Of a stretch of DNA of 64,000 nt, positions 8,149-17,980 are shown piece by piece. The notes beneath the pieces are model-generated. The model was not told the origin of the DNA and did not search any database. It worked only from the letters and a program-made list of their open reading frames with translations. The DNA comes from Planctomycetia bacterium (lineage in GTDB: Bacteria > Planctomycetota > Phycisphaerae > Phycisphaerales > SM1A02), in NCBI GenBank assembly GCA_005799495.1, contig SYGP01000028.1, positions 6,913 to 70,912 of the forward strand, given 5' to 3'. How positions within the stretch are numbered: the first letter of the stretch is position 1; the number at the start of each line of letters is the position of its first letter. The position numbers and the translations under genes were made by a program.

Positions 8149-8955
8149 TCACGCAGTCATCTCGCGCAGCGCCGTCCCTGGGTCTGGTTGTCGAAGCAGA
8201 TGCTCGCCCACCAACACGATGTGGATGCCATGTTCGCGGAGCCGACGAAGGTCATCGCCCGATGTGATGCCAGACTCGCTGACGAGCACGCGCGTGTCCT
8301 CGACCAGTTCAGCAAGACGGAAGGAGTGGTGGATGTCCGTCTTCATCGTGCGGAGGTTTCGATTGTTGATCCCGAGCAGCGAGTAGCCCGCGTGAGGGAA
8401 TCCGACATGCTGCATCGCACGGCACAGGTTGTCTGCGTCGTGCACTTCCAGCAGGGTGGTCATGCCGAGTTCGACGCTGAGGATCTGGAAGTCGATGATC
8501 TCACTTTCACGCAGTGCTTCGGCGATCAGCAGGATCGCATCGGCGCCCGCCGCGCGGGACTCCCAGATCTGGTAGGGATCGACGATGAAGTCCTTGCGTA
8601 GCACAGGCAGCGGGACTGCATCGCGAATCGCATGAATGAACTCAAGGCGTCCACCAAAGTCCACCTCATCGGTGAGGCAGGAGATCGCCGCAGCGCCTGC
8701 AGCGTGATACTTTCGCGCGATGGCAACGGGATCGAAGTCCTCGCGGATCAACCCGGCGCTGGGGCTGCTGCGTTTGATCTCGGCGATGACGCGTGTCCGC
8801 GATGCCTTGCCGCGATCCACCACCGACTGGAAAAAGTTGCGAGGGCGCCCGAGTTCCGAGATCTGCTCGCGAAGGCGTTCGATGGAAACGGCGGTTTGCG
8901 CTGCCTTCACCTCGGCACGCTTTCGTCGCAGGATGCTCTTGAGCCTGTCGTTCAT
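8149..8955 (-). CDS. trpC: Indole-3-glycerol-phosphate synthase
   Basis: Motifs VIAEIKRSSPSAG, AISCLTDEVDFGG, PVLRKDFIVDPYQI and GINNRNL are present. The internal start MNDRLKSILRRK at 8955 was chosen. The longer ORF-track N-terminus has no homology signal. Confidence 0.85.
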   Translation of the reverse strand: MNDRLKSILRRKRAEVKAAQTAVSIERLREQISELGRPRNFFQSVVDRGKASRTRVIAEIKRSSPSAGLIREDFDPVAIARKYHAAGAAAISCLTDEVDFGGRLEFIHAIRDAVPLPVLRKDFIVDPYQIWESRAAGADAILLIAEALRESEIIDFQILSVELGMTTLLEVHDADNLCRAMQHVGFPHAGYSLLGINNRNLRTMKTDIHHSFRLAELVEDTRVLVSESGITSGDDLRRLREHGIHIVLVGEHLLRQPDPGTALREMTA

Positions 8956-9034
8956 CGGTGCGGTGGCCTGCGTCTGTGCAGAGGGTAGGGCGGAAACGCC
9001 CCTCTCGCCCCACGATGCGCCGCAGAGCGCATGG

Positions 9035-9829
9035 ATGTGGGGCACGATCATCGTCGGTGGCTGTGTGGCGGGAGCGATCGCCATCTCGGGCGTCTGGCGG
9101 TCTGCGAGATTCGTGAGGAGCCGGTGGCAGCTCAGTGCGGGCAACTCGCTGCTGCTGTTCGTGACTCTTCAGGTGCTCGCTGCCCTGGGTGCTGCCATGG
9201 GATCGCGCATGGCGCCTCCGCAGACCGAGGGGAGTGCTCCGTCCATCGACGGCACGCTCTGGATGATCGGTTCGGCTGCATTGCTGCAGATGGTGGCAGC
9301 CCTTCTGTTTCTCATGCGATCCGACCACGTTGCACACTCGTGGAGCCGCGCGAAGGCTGCGCTGCTCGGTGCCGCGGCGCTGGCTGCAGCTTGGTTTCCG
9401 CTGCAGGCGATCGGCACCGTGGTCGCAAGCGTTCAAGTGGCGCTCGGCGGTCCCGCCGTCCCGCTCGAGGGTCACAGCACACTGCAACTGCTCGGCACGA
9501 GGCCGATCGACCTGCGGCAGTGGCTCCTGATGGGCTGTGTGGTGCTCGTTGTTCCTGCGGTCGAGGAGGTCATGTTCCGCGGCGCGATGCTTGGAGTGCT
9601 TCGGCGCGTTGGGCTTTCTGCCTGGACTGCCATCCTGCTCACCGCAGCGATCTTTGCGCTGGTGCACATCCCTGCGCTGGTTGGGGGTGCCGTTGCACCG
9701 GGACTGGCGATGCTCTTCGCGCTCGGTGCGCTCCTCGGTTGGTGCGCTGCACGAACGGGTTCCCTCGCAGCACCGATCATGGCGCACATGCTCTTCAATG
9801 CCGTGAATCTCCTGCAGTCGATGCGCTGA
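9035..9829 (+). CDS. CPBP-family (CAAX-type) intramembrane glutamic protease
   Basis: Motifs VEEVMFRG (EExxxR), FALVHIP (FxxxH) and HMLFNAVN (HxxxN) are present, with multiple TM segments. The start at 9035 was chosen so the gene does not overlap the divergent trpC. Confidence 0.75.
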   Translation: MWGTIIVGGCVAGAIAISGVWRSARFVRSRWQLSAGNSLLLFVTLQVLAALGAAMGSRMAPPQTEGSAPSIDGTLWMIGSAALLQMVAALLFLMRSDHVAHSWSRAKAALLGAAALAAAWFPLQAIGTVVASVQVALGGPAVPLEGHSTLQLLGTRPIDLRQWLLMGCVVLVVPAVEEVMFRGAMLGVLRRVGLSAWTAILLTAAIFALVHIPALVGGAVAPGLAMLFALGALLGWCAARTGSLAAPIMAHMLFNAVNLLQSMR

Positions 9830-9866
9830 GCGCAGCCTGCGCGCATGATCCGTAGCATCCCGCGCT

Positions 9867-10937
9867 ATGACCGCAGCCAGCGCGAAGCCACGCATCCTGA
9901 CCGGCGACACGCCCACGGGAACGCTTCACCTTGGCCATTGGGTGGGCAGTGTGCGCAGACGAGTCGAGTTGCAGTCGACGCACGAGTGCTACTTCCTGCT
10001 TGCGAACATGCATGCTTTCACCACGCGTGCCGAGCGTTCCGACGAGATCCGCCGCGACACCATCGAGATTGTGCGGGACTATCTCGCCATGGGGATTGAT
10101 CCGCGGCAATCCGCGATCTTCCTCCAGAGCGAGGTGCCGGCGATCGCCGAACTCACCTTCCTGTTCGCGATGCTGATTCCCTTCAATCGTGTGATGCGCA
10201 ATCCCACGCTGAAGGACGAAATCAAGATCAAGAACCTCGGCGACACCTATTCCTTCGGATTCCCGCTGTATGCCGTCGGCCAGACAGCGGACATCCTTGC
10301 GTTCAGGCCTGTCGGCGTACCCGTCGGCGAGGATCAAGTGCCGCATCTGGAGATGACGCGCGAAGTGGCGCGCCGTTTCAATCAGGTGTTCTGCGGCGTT
10401 TCCGAGCATGCCGAGGATGGCGAGCATGTGGCGCTTGGCGGAACCTTTCCGATTCCGAACGCGGATGTTGGACCCGTGGGAAGGCTGATGGGCATCGATG
10501 GCGTTCAAAAGATGAGCAAGAGCCTCGGGAACGCGATTTTCATCTCGGACTCGCCGAAGGAAGTCCAGAAGAAGGTCGGCAAGATCTTCACCGGCCGGCA
10601 GAGTCCGACCGATCCAGGGGATGTGACCAACGCGTTGTTCCAGTATGTCGAGGCGTTCATCCCCGATCCGGCGCGTGTGGCGGAACTGAAGGATCGCTAT
10701 GCGCGCGGGGACAACATCGGCGATGGACACATCAAGCAGGAAGTCGGTGAGGCCTTGAACGCCCTGCTCGAGCCGATGCGCGAGCGGCGCAAGCAGTTCG
10801 AGGGCAATGACGATGTCATCATCGACATCCTCCGCGATGGATGCCGCCGCGCGAACCGTGTCACCGAGGAGACGCTCGACCTCGTGAAGCGGGCGGCGCG
10901 ATTGCACTTTTTTCCGCGGCGGCTCGAGGTCGGCTGA
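9867..10937 (+). CDS. trpS: Tryptophan--tRNA ligase
   Basis: The class I signatures TGTLHLGHW (HIGH-like) and KMSKSLGN are present, and the length and layout are typical of TrpRS. Confidence 0.9.
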   Translation: MTAASAKPRILTGDTPTGTLHLGHWVGSVRRRVELQSTHECYFLLANMHAFTTRAERSDEIRRDTIEIVRDYLAMGIDPRQSAIFLQSEVPAIAELTFLFAMLIPFNRVMRNPTLKDEIKIKNLGDTYSFGFPLYAVGQTADILAFRPVGVPVGEDQVPHLEMTREVARRFNQVFCGVSEHAEDGEHVALGGTFPIPNADVGPVGRLMGIDGVQKMSKSLGNAIFISDSPKEVQKKVGKIFTGRQSPTDPGDVTNALFQYVEAFIPDPARVAELKDRYARGDNIGDGHIKQEVGEALNALLEPMRERRKQFEGNDDVIIDILRDGCRRANRVTEETLDLVKRAARLHFFPRRLEVG

Positions 10938-11859
10938 CGCGCGCCTCGCGAGGGTGGCAGTTCAACAGCGTCTCGCGCAAATGGTCGCGTGTGACATGCG
11001 TGTAGACCTGCGTTGTCGTGACATTCGCGTGCCCCAACATCTCCTGCACCGACCGCAAGTCCGCGCCGCCAGCCACGAGATGCGTGGCAAAGGAGTGGCG
11101 AAGCGTGTGCGGGTGGACATCCTTCAGTCCGGCGAGCGCCGCATGCTTCTTCACGAGTTGCCAGATCGCCACGCGCTCGAGCGGGCGCCCCGAGAAGGAG
11201 AGCAGCAGTCGAAAGTCATCCACGCCAGCTCCCGCCTCCGCCAGCCGCGGCCGACACTCTCGGAGATAGCGCTCGGTCCATTCGATGGCGGGCACACCGA
11301 TCGGTACCACGCGCTGCTTGCGTCCCTTGCCAGTGACGGCGAGAGAGCCGATGGTGGGATGGAAGTCGTTCACCTTGACCGTGCAGATCTCGCTCGCCCG
11401 AAGCCCGCCGCCATACAACAGTTCCAGGATCACCTTGTCGCGAAGCCAGAGAACGCCTTGTTCGGGATTCGGTGATTCCATCAGGCTCTTCATCTGCCGC
11501 GGCGTCAGCGTGCCGGGGAGCCGCTTCCACGCCGTTGGACGCTCGAGAAGTCTCGCTGGATCGCGAGGGATCGCACCCGTCGCATGAAGCCAACGGAAGA
11601 ACACGCGCAGCGTCGCAAGATGCCGCGTGACCGTCGTGGGTTCGTAGGACTTCTCTCGGGACATCCAACGGATATGGTCCGCGAGATCCGACATGCTGGC
11701 CATGGCCGGATCACTTGTCCCGCGTGCATCGAGCCAAGTGGCGAGCAGCGTGAGATCCCGCCCGTATGCCTCGAGCGTCAGAGGTGCGAGACCGCACTCC
11801 ACGCGGCAGAATGCGAGGAAGTCGCGTCGTCGTCGATCAGCGGCGGAGAGGCTTGCCAT
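10861..11859 (-). CDS. XerC/XerD-type tyrosine site-specific recombinase
   Basis: N-terminal FLAFCRVECGLAPLTLEAYGRDL is present. The catalytic region is HPHTLRHSFATHLVAGGADLRSVQEMLGHANVTTTQVYTHV. The start at M31 (11859) was chosen. A ~27-aa C-terminal tail runs antisense into the trpS 3' end. Confidence 0.85.
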   Translation of the reverse strand: MASLSAADRRRRDFLAFCRVECGLAPLTLEAYGRDLTLLATWLDARGTSDPAMASMSDLADHIRWMSREKSYEPTTVTRHLATLRVFFRWLHATGAIPRDPARLLERPTAWKRLPGTLTPRQMKSLMESPNPEQGVLWLRDKVILELLYGGGLRASEICTVKVNDFHPTIGSLAVTGKGRKQRVVPIGVPAIEWTERYLRECRPRLAEAGAGVDDFRLLLSFSGRPLERVAIWQLVKKHAALAGLKDVHPHTLRHSFATHLVAGGADLRSVQEMLGHANVTTTQVYTHVTRDHLRETLLNCHPREARVSRPRAAAEKSAIAPPASRGRASPR

Positions 11860-12103
11860 GGATGGTGGCTTGCATCGCGGCAGGAACGCGGTGGTTCTGC
11901 AGCATCGTGGGCTGATCGGGCTTCGTGACTGCGGCGAAGCGCTGCTCAAGGTTCAGCCGGTGGAACATGGCGCAGCCATGGAATCCGCCGCAACAGAACG
12001 CGAACATCTGCTCGACCTCGCCGAGCGAGAAGCGCGATGTGCAACGCGGGTCATGGCGATCAATGTGCGGGCAATGCCTTGGATCGGCGGTGGGTTCTGG
12101 CAT
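11837..12103 (-). CDS. Small Cys/His-rich hypothetical protein (88 aa)
   Basis: This is the C-terminal part of ORF 11837..12679. The sequence is MPEPTADPRHCPHIDRHDPRCTSRFSLGEVEQMFAFCCGGFHGCAMFHRL.... It has GC3-rich codons and lies in the only gap between the xer-like gene and pdxA. An alternative start is at 12148. I see no clear SD. Confidence 0.4.
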   Translation of the reverse strand: MPEPTADPRHCPHIDRHDPRCTSRFSLGEVEQMFAFCCGGFHGCAMFHRLNLEQRFAAVTKPDQPTMLQNHRVPAAMQATIHGKPLRR

Positions 12104-12199
12104 GCGTGACGGCGCGCGGTGACGCCACCGCACTGTACTGCTGCTCATCGTCCGTTTCCCAGCGATTCCAACGGTTTTACCCCGTAGCATCCCTCCGAA

Positions 12200-13300
12200 G
12201 TGAACGCCAAGCGTCCCACCATTGCCGTGTCGCTCGGTGACCCCTCGGGCATCGGAGCGGAAGTCACGGTCAAAGCACTGCAGGATCCCGAGGTCCGTGC
12301 GCTCGGGCGGTGGTTCATTCATGGATCGAACCACGCGATGCATGTTGCGGCGGAAACCAGCGGCATCCCCATTGACTGGGTTCGAGTTGCCGCGGGGGGC
12401 GACCGAGCGCAGTACGAGATCGATTCGGATTATGTCGTGCTGGACCATGGGCAGGTCCTGGGCCTCTTTCATGGAAGAGAACCTTCGAAGCCGGGCGGCA
12501 TCGCGAGCAAGGCGTATGTGGAGGCGGCGATCAGCGACGCGATGCGCGCCAGCGGCGACCCGCGCCGAGTCGATGCGGTCGTGACCGCGCCCATCAGCAA
12601 GGAGTCGTGGTCGCTCGCGGGCTACCGATGGCCAGGGCATACGGAGCTCTTCGCTTTTCGCGCGCGCGCTCGTCGTCACTGCATGGCGTTCGCCTCACCC
12701 CGACTGCGGGTGGCGCTCGCGACGACGCATGTGCCGCTCATGAACCTCCGCGACTTGCTGACGATCGGCCGCGTCTTCGACCCGATCGATTTGGGCAATC
12801 GCCTCTGCAAGGATCTCGGCATCGCCTCGCCGCGGATCGCCGTGTGTGGACTGAATCCGCATGCGGGCGAACACGGATTGTTCGGTGACGAGGAGGAGCG
12901 CATCATCCAACCTGCCATCGACATGGCGCTCAACGCCGGCATTCATGTCACGGGACCCTGGTCACCGGACGCGGTGTTCCGCGATGCACTGCTCGGTCGA
13001 CACGATCTCGTCGTTGCGCTGTATCACGACCAAGGCCTCATTCCGCTGAAGCTGGTGGCGTTCGATACGGCAGTCAATGTGACACTTGGAATACCGATCA
13101 TTCGAACGAGCCCTGATCACGGGACGGCGTTCGAAATCGCTGGCGAGGGGAAGGCGAATCCGAGCGCGATGAAGGAGGCGCTGCGGCTCGCCGCGCGGCT
13201 TGCTGCGAGTGGGCGCATGTCCGTCGGCACCGCATTCGGCAGTACGGCCGAGGGACCTGCGCGAGGCGAGTGGAATCAGGCCGGCCCGTGGACGCCCTGA
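12200..13300 (+). CDS. pdxA: 4-hydroxythreonine-4-phosphate dehydrogenase
   Basis: Motifs GDPSGIGAE, PGHTELF, GLNPHAGEHG, YHDQGLIPLK and IRTSPDHGTAFEIAG are present. The start is GTG. Confidence 0.9.
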   Translation: MNAKRPTIAVSLGDPSGIGAEVTVKALQDPEVRALGRWFIHGSNHAMHVAAETSGIPIDWVRVAAGGDRAQYEIDSDYVVLDHGQVLGLFHGREPSKPGGIASKAYVEAAISDAMRASGDPRRVDAVVTAPISKESWSLAGYRWPGHTELFAFRARARRHCMAFASPRLRVALATTHVPLMNLRDLLTIGRVFDPIDLGNRLCKDLGIASPRIAVCGLNPHAGEHGLFGDEEERIIQPAIDMALNAGIHVTGPWSPDAVFRDALLGRHDLVVALYHDQGLIPLKLVAFDTAVNVTLGIPIIRTSPDHGTAFEIAGEGKANPSAMKEALRLAARLAASGRMSVGTAFGSTAEGPARGEWNQAGPWTP

Positions 13301-13373
13301 TCCTCGATCGGACCAGCGAGCCACTGGATCGAACGGCTGAGGTCGAACTCCAGGTCGCACACCCAGCCGCAAC

Positions 13374-14549
13374 CTACGGCGCGATCAAGATGGTGCTGTT
13401 CGGTTCGGTCAGCAGTTCGTAGATCATCTCGACATCGCGGTCTCCCATTCGCACGCAACCCATCGATGCCTGCTTTCCGATCGAGTCAGGCTCGACCGTT
13501 CCATGGATGCCGATGCCCTTGAAGCCTTGATTGTGCGCTTCCACGCCCAACAGGCCGATCCACCGCTCACCGATCGGATTCTTCGGGTCGTCCGCTGCGA
13601 AGGACTCGCCGGTGCGCGGGTTTTTCCATTCGGGATTGATCAGTTTGCTCTTGGGTCGCACCATGAATACGCCCGTCGGGGTGGAGTCGAATTCGCCGAG
13701 ACCGACAGGGAATGCGGCGATCATGACGCGAGTCGGTCCCTCACCCGCATAGACGCGCATGATGTAGGAGGACTTGGATACTTCCGCATGGAATGCCGTG
13801 ACGGGGATCTTGATGGACTGTCCGACGCGCAGCGACTTCTCGCTCTTGAGTCCGTTGATGCGCTGGATGATGCGCCAGTCCGCTTGCACGCCGCTTCGGC
13901 GGGCGATCTTGGCAAGTGTGTCCCCGGATTGGACGGTGTAGCTCTTCGTCACGATGTCGCCGGGGGCAACCATCGGTGAGAAGAAGAGCTTGGCATTCAC
14001 TTCACGGATCGCCTGCAGCGCAGCGAGCTCGTCCGCCCCGCTCAGCTGGCGACTGTCGATGAGTTGCGTCAACGCGAGACGCGCGCCGACAGGATCGGAT
14101 GCAAGCAGAGTGCGCGCCGAAGCAAGGTTGGCTGCACCTGCCACCGGTGACGGCATGGTGGACGGCGGCTGCACGCTGCCCAGGGCGGTTTGCGTCGGTG
14201 CGGGCGATGGAACCACCGCTGTTGCGTTCGCTGCTGGGAGCGCAGGCGTCGCGGTCGCCGTCGCCGTTGTCGGCGCCGCCTGCACGAGCGCAACCTGCTG
14301 CTGCGGCTGCTGCAGCTTCACTTCGGGCATGACCTCGGGATTCGCAGGCGCGACGACCGCGGCTGGAGGAATGGGATTCGCAGCGACCTTGTCCGCCGAT
14401 GGCGTTCCCTCCGATCGACTGAAGTAATAGGTGCCGCCGACGACGGCGAGCGAGCCGACGATCGCAAGCGTGATCGGAATCAGTTTGCTGCGCGCAGCGG
14501 CGAAGGGCTGCACATGGGGAGTGCGGGGGACTTGGCTTTCGAGTGTCAT
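13374..14549 (-). CDS. LysM-domain L,D-transpeptidase (YkuD family), membrane-anchored
   Basis: The LysM domain reads YTVQSGDTLAKIARRSGV...INGL. The YkuD catalytic motif is IGIHGT...SMGCVRM. An N-terminal TM and an Ala/Pro-rich linker are present. ATG at 14549 is preceded by GGAAGGA. Confidence 0.85.
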   Translation of the reverse strand: MTLESQVPRTPHVQPFAAARSKLIPITLAIVGSLAVVGGTYYFSRSEGTPSADKVAANPIPPAAVVAPANPEVMPEVKLQQPQQQVALVQAAPTTATATATPALPAANATAVVPSPAPTQTALGSVQPPSTMPSPVAGAANLASARTLLASDPVGARLALTQLIDSRQLSGADELAALQAIREVNAKLFFSPMVAPGDIVTKSYTVQSGDTLAKIARRSGVQADWRIIQRINGLKSEKSLRVGQSIKIPVTAFHAEVSKSSYIMRVYAGEGPTRVMIAAFPVGLGEFDSTPTGVFMVRPKSKLINPEWKNPRTGESFAADDPKNPIGERWIGLLGVEAHNQGFKGIGIHGTVEPDSIGKQASMGCVRMGDRDVEMIYELLTEPNSTILIAP

Positions 14550-14595
14550 GGGTGAGGTTCCTTCCGTGGAGTGATGGACAATGTCTGTATCGGCG

Positions 14596-15258
14596 TCATG
14601 CGCCGTTCGACTGCTGAGGATTGGAGTGGTGCGGAAGCGAGAGCACGGGGTGCGACGCGCTGTGCTCGATCGCGCGGCGATCCGTGACAACCGCGTGGAC
14701 GGGAACATCGCCTGTCTGGCTCGGTATCTCGTCGACCAGTTGAAAGTCGAAGCAGATGCCGATCGTCGTGGTCCGCCGATGCGCCTTGGTCAGGAATCGG
14801 TCGTAGAAACCGCCCCCGCGACCGAGTCGTTCACAGCGCAGGTCGAATGCGATGCCTGGGGTGATCACCAGATCAATCGAGTCTTGCGGCATCGTGCGGC
14901 CGCTGCGCGGCGCCCGCACGCCCAGCGCGTCCGATGCCATCGATTCGTTGTCGATGGACTTGATCTCGACTGCGTGCATCGACTTGCCGCCCTCAGCCAC
15001 GCGGGGAACGCACACGGTCTTGCCGAGGCGAAACGCCTCGAGCACCACGGCGATCACATCGACCTCGCTGCGCAGTGGCATGTACAGCATCACGCAGACC
15101 GCAGACTGAAACGCAGGCGACTTCAGGATGCGCGCGCACGCTGCAGCTGAGCGAGATGCACGCTCCGCATCCGTCAACGCATGCAACTGCCCGCGCATGT
15201 CGGCGCGGACAGCATTCTTTCGTTCCGTGGTGGGGTCTTGTTTGTCCGGCGCATCCAT
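14596..15258 (-). CDS. 5-formyltetrahydrofolate cyclo-ligase
   Basis: Motifs RKNAVRADMRGQL, VMLYMPLRSEVD and DLVITPGIAFDLRCERLGRGGGFYDRFL are present. The start is uncertain (15258 or 15291). Confidence 0.8.
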   Translation of the reverse strand: MDAPDKQDPTTERKNAVRADMRGQLHALTDAERASRSAAACARILKSPAFQSAVCVMLYMPLRSEVDVIAVVLEAFRLGKTVCVPRVAEGGKSMHAVEIKSIDNESMASDALGVRAPRSGRTMPQDSIDLVITPGIAFDLRCERLGRGGGFYDRFLTKAHRRTTTIGICFDFQLVDEIPSQTGDVPVHAVVTDRRAIEHSASHPVLSLPHHSNPQQSNGA

Positions 15259-15431
15259 GCGTCGGTGTCTCCAAGCCGTCTTTCGATCCATCCGTCGCAC
15301 CATGCGTTGGACGAGTCGGTACGGTACCCTTTTTTTGTCCGCCGTTGCACTCGTTCCTGCGGACAATGTGCAGTTGACCGTCGTCTCTCGGACACCCTTG
15401 GGGCGGCGCGGATTCATGAGAGGACCACCCA

Positions 15432-17267
15432 ATGTGCGGAATCGTCGCATACATCGGACGCAAGCAGGCTCTGCCGATTCTCTTTGAGGGGCTCAAGCGG
15501 CTCGAGTACCGCGGATACGACTCGGCCGGTGTCGGACTCCTCGATGGCGAGGTCCATGTCTGCCGATCGGTGGGGCGCGTCCGCGTTCTTGAGGAGAAGG
15601 TGGAAGCGGCGGGCGGAATGCAAGGCACGATCGGCATTGCACACACCCGCTGGGCAACACATGGTGGCGTCACCGAGGCGAATGCTCACCCGCACCGCGA
15701 CGATCTCACGGCGGGACACCGCATCGCGATCATCCATAACGGGATCATCGAAAACTACTCGTCGCTGAAGAAGTACCTCGAAGAGAAGGGGCATACCTTC
15801 ACGAGCGAGACCGACACCGAAGTTCTGGCGCATCTCATCGGCGAGCTGTATCACGGAGATCTCGAGAAGGCCGTGCAGGCTGCGCTGCGCGAGGTCACGG
15901 GCGCCTATGCCATCGCAGTCATCTGTGCGGAGGAACCCGACACGCTCGTCGTTGCCCGCAAGGGATCGCCGCTGCTGGTGGGTGTCGGCAACGGCGAGTT
16001 CATCGTGGCAAGCGATTCCAGTGCGATCGTGGCCCATACGACGCAGGCGTTCACGCTGCCGGACTTCACCGTTGCCAAATTGACTCGTGACAACTTCCGA
16101 ACCGCGACCATTGATGATGTCCCGATCACCGCGGAGGTACGGGAACTGGAGTTCGAACTTGCCGAGATTGAGCTCGGTCCTTACGAGCACTACATGCTCA
16201 AGGAGATCTTCGAGCAGCCACGATCCTTGCGGATGACGATGCAAGGGCGCGCGGACAGCCGAACGGGTTCGATCGTCCTCGGCGGCATCGGCGAACATGC
16301 GCGGACGCTCGCCAATGCGAAGCGGATCGTGATGGTCGGACAGGGCACCGCGCTCCACGCGAGCATGGTGGGCAAGTACCTCATGGAAGATCTGGCGAAA
16401 ATCGCCGCGGAGCATGACTTTGCCAGCGAGTTCCGCTATCGAAATCCGATCGTCGATTTCGGGACCGCGGTGATCGCGGTCAGCCAATCGGGCGAGACCG
16501 CCGACACGCTTGCCGCCTTGCAGGAGGCGAAGCAGCGCGGTGCGCTCGCACTTGGGGTGGTGAATGTGGTGGGATCGACGATTGCACGCGAGACGGACGC
16601 CGGCGTGTATCTCCGCGTGGGTCCTGAAATCGGCGTGGCGAGCACGAAGGCGTTCACGGGGCAGATCATGGCGCTTGCCATGCTGTCGCTGTTCATCGGC
16701 CGACGCCGCTACCTCAGTCAGGATTTCGTCAGCAGCTTCATCGCCGAGATGAATGCGATCCCAGATCGCATCACGCGCGTGCTCGAGCGCAGCGATAGCA
16801 TTCGAAGCGCCACCGCGAAGTATGTGGATCGCGAGAACTGGCTCTTCCTCGGGCGTGGCGCGAACTATCCCGTTGCGCTCGAGGGGGCGCTCAAGCTGAA
16901 GGAAATCTCATACATCCATGCGGAGGGCATGCCGGCCGCCGAAATGAAGCATGGTCCCATCGCGCTCATCGACAAGGGCATGCCTGTGGTGTTCATCGCC
17001 ACGCGAAACTCGCAGTATGAAAAGGTGCTGGCCAACATCTCCGAAGTACGCAGCCGCGGCGGGCATGTCATTGCCGTCGCCACCGAGGGCGACGAGGAGA
17101 TCCGCAGCATGGCGGAGGAAGTGTTCTATGTGCCGCAGACCATCGAGGCGCTGCAGCCAGTGGTGAATGTGATTCCGCTGCAACTCCTCGCCTACCATGC
17201 TGCGGTGCTGCGTGGCAAGGATGTGGACAAGCCGCGCAACCTCGCCAAGAGCGTCACAGTGGAGTGA
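15432..17267 (+). CDS. glmS: Glutamine--fructose-6-phosphate aminotransferase
   Basis: The N-terminus is MCGIVAYIG. Two SIS domains are present (VSQSGETADT), and the C-terminus is KSVTVE. Confidence 0.95.
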   Translation: MCGIVAYIGRKQALPILFEGLKRLEYRGYDSAGVGLLDGEVHVCRSVGRVRVLEEKVEAAGGMQGTIGIAHTRWATHGGVTEANAHPHRDDLTAGHRIAIIHNGIIENYSSLKKYLEEKGHTFTSETDTEVLAHLIGELYHGDLEKAVQAALREVTGAYAIAVICAEEPDTLVVARKGSPLLVGVGNGEFIVASDSSAIVAHTTQAFTLPDFTVAKLTRDNFRTATIDDVPITAEVRELEFELAEIELGPYEHYMLKEIFEQPRSLRMTMQGRADSRTGSIVLGGIGEHARTLANAKRIVMVGQGTALHASMVGKYLMEDLAKIAAEHDFASEFRYRNPIVDFGTAVIAVSQSGETADTLAALQEAKQRGALALGVVNVVGSTIARETDAGVYLRVGPEIGVASTKAFTGQIMALAMLSLFIGRRRYLSQDFVSSFIAEMNAIPDRITRVLERSDSIRSATAKYVDRENWLFLGRGANYPVALEGALKLKEISYIHAEGMPAAEMKHGPIALIDKGMPVVFIATRNSQYEKVLANISEVRSRGGHVIAVATEGDEEIRSMAEEVFYVPQTIEALQPVVNVIPLQLLAYHAAVLRGKDVDKPRNLAKSVTVE

Positions 17268-17341
17268 TGCTGGACTGCCGGCGATTCGCATCGCCTGACC
17301 TCCCATCCTCCTCTCCCGGACCGCGCAACAAGGAAGGCAAC

Positions 17342-17980
17342 ATGATCCAGAACATCCGTCACGCCATCGTCGGTGCCATCTTGCTTGCGACGGGAGCCGC
17401 ATGTGCGCAGCAGGCTCCGCAGACCCCCGAACTCAACGAAAAGTGGAAGGACAAGAGCATGGACTCGATTCAGATGAAGGCGCTCGATGGTGCAGCCATG
17501 GACCTCGGGCAGTTCAAGGGAAAAGTGGTTGTCGTCGTGAATGTGGCGAGCCGCTGCGGTTACACGCCGCAATACGCGGGCCTGCAGAAGCTGTACGACG
17601 AAATGAAGGGGAAGGATGTTGTCGTTCTCGGTGTGCCGAGCAACGACTTCGGAGGTCAGGAGCCTGGAAGCGCACAGGAGATCGCATCCTTCTGCAGCAA
17701 GAACTACGGCGTCACATTCCCGATCACCGAAAAGAGCCAGACGGCTGCGGGGCAAGGGCAATCCGCCCTCTATGAGTTCCTCGGCACGCGAACAGGCAAG
17801 TTGCCGGGCTGGAACTTCTGCAAGTATGTGGTCGGGCGTGATGGGCAGCCTGTGCAGTTCTTCTCGAGTTCCACGAAGCCCGACAGCGCAGAGCTGCGCT
17901 CGTGCATCGAGAAGGCGCTCGAAGCCAAGGGGCCATCCGAGAAGTCCGCCGTACAGCAGACACCAGCGACCAAGTCATGA
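17342..17980 (+). CDS. Glutathione peroxidase (Cys-type), secreted
   Basis: Motifs NVASRCGYT and LGVPSNDFGGQEP are present. The signal peptide is MIQNIRHAIVGAILLATGAACA. AAGGAAGG lies upstream of ATG 17342. Confidence 0.85.
   Translation: MIQNIRHAIVGAILLATGAACAQQAPQTPELNEKWKDKSMDSIQMKALDGAAMDLGQFKGKVVVVVNVASRCGYTPQYAGLQKLYDEMKGKDVVVLGVPSNDFGGQEPGSAQEIASFCSKNYGVTFPITEKSQTAAGQGQSALYEFLGTRTGKLPGWNFCKYVVGRDGQPVQFFSSSTKPDSAELRSCIEKALEAKGPSEKSAVQQTPATKS

Noticed and set aside
8720-9034. N-terminal extension of the CPBP protease ORF (8720..9829).
   Set aside because: It would overlap the divergent trpC coding region (up to 8955) and has no hydrophobic or conserved features. The start at 9035 begins directly with a TM helix.
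10861-10937. 77-nt convergent overlap of the trpS and xer-recombinase 3' ends, considered as possible antisense regulation.
   Set aside because: The recombinase homology ends near ...LLNCHPRE. The extra roughly 27-aa tail looks like passive read-through to the next stop in GC-rich DNA, and nothing suggests function.
10861-11859. The tyrosine recombinase as the integrase of the tRNA-adjacent block.
   Set aside because: It is about 9 kb away from the tRNA on the other side of core genes. It also shows XerC/XerD-type N-terminal and catalytic motifs rather than phage-integrase features.
12104-12679. Upstream two-thirds of minus-strand ORF 11837..12679.
   Set aside because: It is antisense to pdxA (12200-13300), whose identity is unambiguous. 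Only the 3' part in the intergenic gap is considered possibly real.
15259-15431. Possible glmS ribozyme or riboswitch upstream of glmS.
   Set aside because: The 173-nt divergent gap shows none of the conserved glmS ribozyme core that I can recognise. This is better tested with an Rfam scan than claimed.
17555-17557. Possible selenocysteine in glutathione peroxidase.
   Set aside because: The active-site codon is TGC (Cys), not TGA.
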